Origin: the human T2T-CHM13v2.0 reference genome, Homo sapiens | Assembly: GCF_009914755.1 (NCBI RefSeq) | Contig: NC_060934.1 | Length of the DNA stretch: 64,000 nt | Direction: 5' to 3' (one strand) | Notes under the pieces: model-generated | What the model was told of the DNA's origin: nothing | What the model saw: the letters and a program-made list of their open reading frames with translations, nothing else | The model's database searches: none | Shown here: positions 57,031-64,000 of the stretch, piece after piece | Position numbering within the stretch: the stretch's first letter is position 1 | Layout: the number at the start of each line of letters is the position of its first letter | Translations under genes and position numbers: made by a program

Positions 57031-57411
57031 TTATTTAAAACAAAACATTTATTAGGTTTTTAATTTGGAGAGATTAAAAAGGAAAAATAAGCAAAACTGG
57101 CTCTTCATTTACATGCTCAGATTACTGTTGTCAACATGTTTTAATGAAAGCAATAGATGTACTCAGAAAATGGAACTGCATAGGAAACAAGGCCACATAA
57201 AAAGTAAAAACCTCCATATTCTTCAATCTTTCTCCCTGAAACTATTTACAGCTCAAATTTTAGTTTAAAATATAAAATCTATCATTCCTGTGAGGCAAAG
57301 GGGAGAACTTGAAGCTCACAGAAGAATATAAAGCAAAGGGCTTCTTGCCTACATTTTAGAAAATAATATGTCTTTAGATAAGATATTATTATCCCATAGT
57401 ATAGAAAATTG

Positions 57412-57772
57412 TGGCCAGGCACAGTGGGTCATGCCTATAATCCCAGCACTTTGGGAGGCCAAGGTGGGAAGATTGCTTCAGACCAGGAGTTCGAGACCAG
57501 CCTGGGCAATATAGTGAGACCCTGTCTACATAAAATTTTAAAAAAATTAGCTGGAAGTGGTGGTGCCAGCCTGCAGGCCAGGGGAGGCTGAGGCAAGAGG
57601 ATCCCTTGAGCCTGGGAGGTCAAGGCTATAGTGAGCTATGGTCAAGCCACTGCACTCCAGTCTCTCACAACAAAGCAAGACCCTCTCTCAAAAAAAGAAG
57701 AAAAGAAAGAGAGAGGAAAAAAATGGAGAGAGAAAAAATGGAAAAAGAGAGAGAGAGGAAAAAAAGTAAAGA
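57412..57772 (+). mobile_element. AluJ with GA-rich tail
   Basis: Dimeric Alu plus purine-rich repeat. Confidence 0.88.
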
Positions 57773-57774
57773 GC

Positions 57775-58450
57775 TAGAGACAATTCTTTCAAGATATGTT
57801 GCTATTAAGGAGAGCAGAGATACGGGGTAATAGTGGGGGTTTGGGGAAGTTTGGGATTTGGGTTTTTGTTTGTGGGAAATAATACAGCATATTTGGTGTT
57901 AATGGGAATGTCCAAATGAAGGAAGGAAGTCAAGGATAGAGGAGAAAGAAGGAGGCAGGAATAATGTCCTAGAGGCGGTGAGAAGGAATGAGCATAAGCT
58001 GATCATTATCTAACAAGAGACAGAGTCAAGTCTGAGGGACCAATGGCAAGGAGGTTGGTAGGTTTTGTGGGGAAATTGGGAGATGTTCTCTCATAATCAA
58101 TTCTATTTTCTCAATTGGACTAAAGCTCATCAGCTGAGAGGGAGGACCAGGGGAAGGTGTCATCAGGAAAGGACAGAAGATGTGAAATGGTCACCTCTGA
58201 GTACAGAAGAGTTGATTGACTAGAGAAATGATATAAGTCTACCAGAGGTATTGAGGGCTCCTGGAGGTTGATAGCCTCTGGTTAGTATGAAACTGTCTTC
58301 GTGCTTTTCTCCAGACACATTCAGCTGCTCAGGAGCAGGGGCAGAGCAGGCCAGAGGTAGTTTTCATCAGAGTTTGCCAGGAGAGTACTGGGCAGGAGCA
58401 AAGAATTTGAGATTTATGCAAAGCAGTGATTATAGCACTGCTAATCTTGG
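57775..58450 (-). mobile_element. L2 (L2c-like) fragment; contains donor arm 57947-58161
   Basis: aattctttcaaga..ttgcta.taaggagagcagaga; purine-rich L2 antisense texture. Confidence 0.55.
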
Positions 58451-58729
58451 TGAGAAGGTAAGTAAGGAAATGGTGTGGGGTGGAGAGGGGTGATAGATTT
58501 AAATAAAACAAGTGAGCTACATCTGAATGCTTGTCATAGGACAAAAATCAGAAAACTCTGCAAAGGTGCTGAGATGAAACTTGGTTTTAGTTCCTCCTTG
58601 GGCACTTTCCACATGTCCTTTGGTGGCCTCCACTCCATGTAGGCATTAACCCTGATCCAGTATCAACTAATACACAGCAAGACACTCACAGACAAAGCCC
58701 AAGGGTCATTGTGGGGTTTTTTGTCTCGT

Positions 58730-59102
58730 TTTAATTTTTTTAGAGACATGCTCTTACTGTGTCTCCCAGGCTGGCATGCAGTGATGAGACCATAGCCCAC
58801 TGCAGCCTCTAACTTTCAGGCTCAGGTGACCCTCCCACCTCAGCCTCCTGAGCAGCTGGGACACCTTCCCCTGGTCCTCCCTCTCAGCTGATGAGCTTTA
58901 GTCCAATTGAGAAAACAGGATTGATTATGAGAGAACATCTCCCACTTTCCCCACAAAACCTACCAACCTCCTTGCCATTGGTCCCTCAGACTTGACTCTG
59001 TCTCTTGTTAGGTAGTGATCAGCTTATGCTCATTCCTTCTCACCGCCTCTAGGACATTATTCCTGCCTCCTTCTGAGCGGGCATGCCCCACCACACCTGG
59101 CT
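58730..59102 (-). mobile_element. AluJ right arm/FRAM carrying a 215-bp inverted insertion (58860-59074)
   Basis: Alu reads agcagctggg|insert|..ggcatgccccaccacacctggct. Confidence 0.9.
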
Positions 59103-60214
59103 CTCATCTGTGTTTTCATCAGACACTTTCTTTTTGATGAATAAAACCTTCCAGACACAAAGATCTCAAATCTCTCAAAATGAAATTTCAAATCATTAAC
59201 AGGCACTAAAGACCAAATTTTGGGCAAAACACCTACCACATATTAACATGTGTATTAAACGAATGAACCTATGAAGATGACAGTACCTGGGCTGGTGAGT
59301 CCCAATGGACATGCGTGATGGGAACATCTGTGCATCCTCAGCGGAAATTTTCAGAGATGCAAAATAAACTTGAACTTGGATGCGTATCCTTGCATTGGTT
59401 GTGGGGTGAAAATGCTGAGAAAAAGCAGCTAACATTTACACGTAGCCACCACCCCCCAAACTTTTTCTCCTCAGGCACTCATACATGTTTTGTAATCTTT
59501 GAGAATACAGAAAATATTTACAAAATGATCAAGCATGTAGTTAATGGACCAGGTGACAAGCTGGGTCAACATCAAAGAAAGGGCAGAGGAATAGGATGTC
59601 CATGAGTTAATGTGTGTACGTCTCCTAGAGCTAAGATCTCCCACCCAGAGTTCACACCTACATCCCCCTACATCCTCTGAATCTATTCTAGAGCCATGTT
59701 TGCCAGAGAAGTTTCAATGAGTAGCACTGGAATAGGAAAGATTTGTACTGCTGTTTCCCTTGGGGTCTGGGCTCCAGCTAGCTTCCGCAGTAAACGACTA
59801 GTTACGATCAAAGAGTGAGGAAACCTGCTCCCTGGCCTTCTGCACCTGGGAAGGAAGAAGGGCCTCCTGTGAGGGAGGAATTGCCCAGAAGTGCCCACCA
59901 GGAGGAGTGCATGGTGCATCACCCACACAGTGCACACATGGACCCAGCCTGCCTGCCAAATGTGTTGTGGGGATGTTGCACGGCTGGAGCCAGCCAGCGA
60001 GAGGCTCAGGAGAGTCAGGCAATGACATCCAGAGGGAATCTGGTCCTTACTTTGCACAGAAACAGAAGAGAGTGGGAACTCAACAGCATTAAGGATTTAT
60101 AGCTGATAGGCATAGTAACAAGACTGAAAGAATCTATTCCAAAATGTAAACGACTGTTATCTTGACGTAGGGGGAATACCAGTGATGGCTACTATCTTAT
60201 TTTTGCTTATCTGG

Positions 60215-60500
60215 GTTTTCTTTTTTTTTAATAAAAAAAATTTTTTTTAGAGACAGAGTCTTGCTCTATCGTGCAGGCCAGGGTACAGTGGCGTGATCAT
60301 AGCTCACTGCAGTGTTGAACTCCAGGACTAAAACAATCCTCCTGGCTCAAGCCACCATGCCTGGCCAATTTTATTATTTTTTAATTTTTGTAAACACAGG
60401 TTACAGCTATGCTACCCAGGCTGATCTCAAACTCCTGGCCTCAAATGATCCTCCCTTCTGGGCCTCCCAAAGCGCTGGAATTACAAGCATGGATTACTAG
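60215..60500 (-). mobile_element. AluJ with small internal deletion
   Basis: Reverse Alu. Confidence 0.85.
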
Positions 60501-61239
60501 TGGGCTTTCTACAGTGAATATGTATTATTTTTTTAAAGGGATTGTAGTGGGGAGTAGGAAGTATTATTTAAATATTTCCAACTTCATGCACCAAAGAACA
60601 TTAGCTTTTAATCTTCACACAATTCTCTAAGGTGGGGAAGCCCACATGACCATTCTTAGTTTGCAAACAAAGAAACTGAGGCCCCAGATGTACATTATTC
60701 TGCAGTGGGTGAGAGTTATCCCAAGTGGGTTGATGTCTAGGCAAGCCCCTTTAATATTTCCCTCCCCACCAGCTGGTGCAGCCACACACTGCTTGAAGCC
60801 TCTTCCACTCTCTAGCTGAAAGTTGCCGCTCATTACAAACGGATATTTGACTGGAGAGGGTCTGAGACTCAGGATCTATGCCCCAGTCAGCAAGAAGCAG
60901 CAGGATGACTTGATCTCTCCCTGCTATGGCCTCTCTTTGAAGAGAAGTATCTTAGTGACTACAGGAGGTTATCTAGTTTGTCCAGGGTTGCATGGCTAGC
61001 AGGTGGCACAGCTATCATGTAAATTTGATATTCTGACTGCAGACACATCACACTCCACCACATTGTTTTGAATGAATCTTTGCTATTTTACCATGCCACT
61101 TAACCATGAGTAAAACCCCCTTCAGTAAAATAGTCAAGAACCATTGGCTCTTGACCTGCACCGGCCAATGAGTGTCAGAAGCTCTGGGGCTAGGACAACC
61201 ACAATGAATGTGGGAGATTGGTTGCATCCTAAAGAATGA

Positions 61240-63250
61240 ATCAAGTACATTGAGGATAATGGCAGCCAGCTTTCTCATTGTTGAAGGGAGGTACAAATAT
61301 GCAGAAGGGAAGACTGGAATAAATTATGTGATGTTGGACTGTCATTGGAGGCAATAATGTGAATGCAGCATTTCCAAAATGTGTAGATATGGATAATATA
61401 TACATGGGTGTACACGTGTGTATATAGTTGTCCTCACTCAGAGGGTCTGGGATCAATGACACTCTTGTAGCACTGACCACCTTTAATGCCTAATATTGGT
61501 TTCTAAACACCATTCTCAACTAAAAGATAAGAGCACTCCTTGAGGGGATGGCTGACTCCATGGCTAGGGCAGGGAAAATGCAAGCTAAGCTTGGAATTTC
61601 TCGTGGCAGGAAGTTGTTCAAGAATGATGAGGACTGTGAAAAGTCACAGATGTCAGTGTGAAAGGCTGTCACTGGCCAAATCTGGGTCAGTTTGATCTTC
61701 AAAGTAAAGAATGCTAGTAATTATGCTGAACTATAATTTATTCAATAAAATAGGAATCTATGACTTCCTACTAATTTAAATAAATAATAAGGGAATGCTG
61801 TGCCTTATAGTAGAATGCCAACTAATAATTGTAGAAGGAATGGCAGCATTATATAATTAACCAACCATCTTAATAATTGGTTCCAGTAAGAAGCATCTGT
61901 GGATGCCAAAATCAAAGAATGGAGGTTTAATAAACAACCAGATATTTATACAGTCTGAAACTATCTCCCCACAAAACACTTATTAACATCTTAGTGGATA
62001 CTTATCAACTCTTACCAATACTTAATACTTGTTAAAATCCCTTCACAAAATACTTATTAACTTTTCTGTGGAAGAAACCTGACAGACATCATCTTAACCA
62101 AATGATAAAGGTTAACATTACCAGTAATAGGTTAAATGAACATCGTGTGCTGCTTTTATTATTATTATTATTATTATTTTTTGAGACAGAGTTTTGCTCT
62201 TTCGCCCAGGCTGGAGTAAAGTGGCCACGATCTCGGCTCACTGTAACCTCCACCTTCCGGTTTGAAGTGATTCTCCTGCCTCAGCCCCTGAGTAGCTGGG
62301 ATTACAGGCGCACGCACCACCACGCCCAGCTAATTTTTGTATTTTTAGTAGAGACTGGGTTTCATCATGTTGGCCAGGCTGGTCTCGAACTCCTGACCTC
62401 GTGATCCGCCTGCCTTGGCCTCCCAAAGTGCTGGGATTACAGGCATGAGATACCACGCCTGGCCCATCGTGTGCCTTTTGATAATATGCTCTGGGAAGGA
62501 CACACCATCGTTTCTGTGATAGTCCTGAAATACCCCTGAATCTAATCATGACAAAATGTCAGACAACCTCACATTGAGGACATTCTTCAAAGTAACTGAC
62601 CTGTGCTTCAAAAATGTCAAAGCCACCAAAGACAAACTGAATAACTTTTCCAGATTGGTGATGCCTAAAGACACATGCTAACTGCATGCAATGCATGACC
62701 CTGGATTGGATCTTGGACCTCAAAGACCATTATTAGGATAATCAGTGAAATTTGGCTGGGGGTGGTGGCTCACACCTGTAATTCTAGCACTTTGAGAGGC
62801 CGAGGTGGGAGGATCACTTGAGCCCAGGAATTTAAGACCAGCCTAGGCAACACAGTGAGACTCCATCGCTATGAAAATAAAAATAAAAATTTTAATTAAA
62901 TTTTTTTTAATTAGTGAAATTTGAGTAGGCATCCATGGATTAGGAGATAGTATTGTATCAATGTTAATTTCCTGATTTTGATAGGTGTCTGGTGGCTTTG
63001 CAGGGAGTGTCCTTATTTTAAGAAAATACACACTGAGGTGTTTAGAGTTAATGGAGTATCAGGTTTTTTTTGCAACATTGTCTCAAATGGTTGAGGAAAG
63101 AAAATGTATACATAGAAAAAGAGCTTGGAAATTAAGAGGGAATGATAATGATTGGTGAATCTGGCGGAGGGTATACAGGACTTCTATGTACTGCTCTTGA
63201 AATTGTAAATATTGTATAAGTTTAAAATGATTTTAAATAAAAGTTACTCA
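61240..63250 (+). mobile_element. L1MC4/5-type 3' region interrupted by AluS (62155-62464, -) and an Alu left arm (62754-62900, +)
   Basis: taaacaccattctc, gtggatgccaaaa, gaccctggattggatcttggac, tgtatcaatgttaatttcctgattttg. Confidence 0.75.
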
Positions 63251-63251
63251 A

Positions 63252-63570
63252 GGCTGGGTGCGGTGGCTCACGCCTGTAATCCCAGAGCTTCGGGAGGCCA
63301 AGGTGGGAGGATTGCTTGCATCCAGGAGTTCCAGACCAGACTGGGCAACATAACGAGAGCCCATCTCTACCAAAAATAAAAAATTAGCCAGGCATGGTGG
63401 CATGCCCCTGTAGTACCAGCTACGCAGGAGTTTAAGATGTGAGGATCACTTGAGCCCAGGAGGTTGAGGCTGCAGTGAGCCATGATCATGACACTGCACT
63501 CAGCCTGGGTGACAGAGCGAGACTGTCTCAAAAAAAAAAAAAGTATATGTATGTGTATATATATGTATAT
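63252..63570 (+). mobile_element. AluJ with (TA/TG) tail
   Basis: Dimeric Alu. Confidence 0.92.
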
Positions 63571-63579
63571 ATAAAAATC

Positions 63580-63617
63580 ATCATTTCTTGGCCTTTTGGA
63601 CAAGGTCAAGTGTAGTA
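63580..63617 (+). pseudogene. U2 snRNA 5' fragment retrocopy (nt 1-38)
   Basis: atcatttcttggccttttggacaaggtcaagtgtagta matches U2 ATCGCTTCTCGGCCTTTTGGCTAAGATCAAGTGTAGTA at 32/38; TSD-like atataaaaatc / atattaaatc. Confidence 0.85.
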
Positions 63618-64000
63618 AAAATATTAAATCATTAATTCATCATTCTTAGAGGTGTAAAAAAAATCCATTAACTGCAATGATTAGTAAAAGCACTTAAGTG
63701 GCATTTTGTTTTTTCAATATGGTGTTTACTCATGAAGGCCTACATTTAATTAAGGCATTAAATAGGCTTTTAACCAAAGCACATCCATAGATAACCATTG
63801 ATTTTTCCAAGCAATGTACTGCCCATTTATTCTCCCTCCAGAAGAGAGATATATAACTTAGGGTGTGTACCAATAAGTATAGGTTAGAGGAAAATAAGTG
63901 ATACTACTGTGCAAACAGGAAAAGAAAATCAATGCTTATGTTTTCTAACCATTTAAACAAGTGAAAAAGAACCCTTCAAAATAGAATAGATTATTACATT

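Overview
Human (primate) genomic DNA; an AluYa5 carrying all five diagnostic bases points to human. The window is mostly intronic/intergenic and heavily repeat-derived: about 35 Alu/FRAM/FLAM copies, several L1 pieces, L2, MIR, ERVL/MaLR/ERV1 LTRs, MER5 and Tigger3. One host coding exon is well supported: minus strand, ATG at 32626, perfect AAG|GTGAGT donor at 32216/32215, 137 codons, locally CpG-rich. It looks like a first (probably alternative first) coding exon. About 0.6-0.75 kb upstream of it are a GATA+MEF2 composite site and a short tandem array of STAT/NF-kB/ETS-like motifs. I could not identify the gene. A 38-nt U2 snRNA retrocopy lies near the right end. Nearly all other ORF-track entries are Alu/L1 translations or chance ORFs. 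The most unusual signal is repeated local copying of nearby DNA: two inverted 170-215 bp copies inserted inside AluJ elements, a fold-back inversion inside a MER41 LTR, and two ancient ~300 bp direct duplications. There is also a clear L1 3' transduction and a 4.8 kb L1 lacking both ends inside a deleted L2. These are instances of known mechanisms; I see no evidence for a new multi-gene system. Repeat boundaries and subfamily calls were made by eye against remembered consensus sequences and are approximate.
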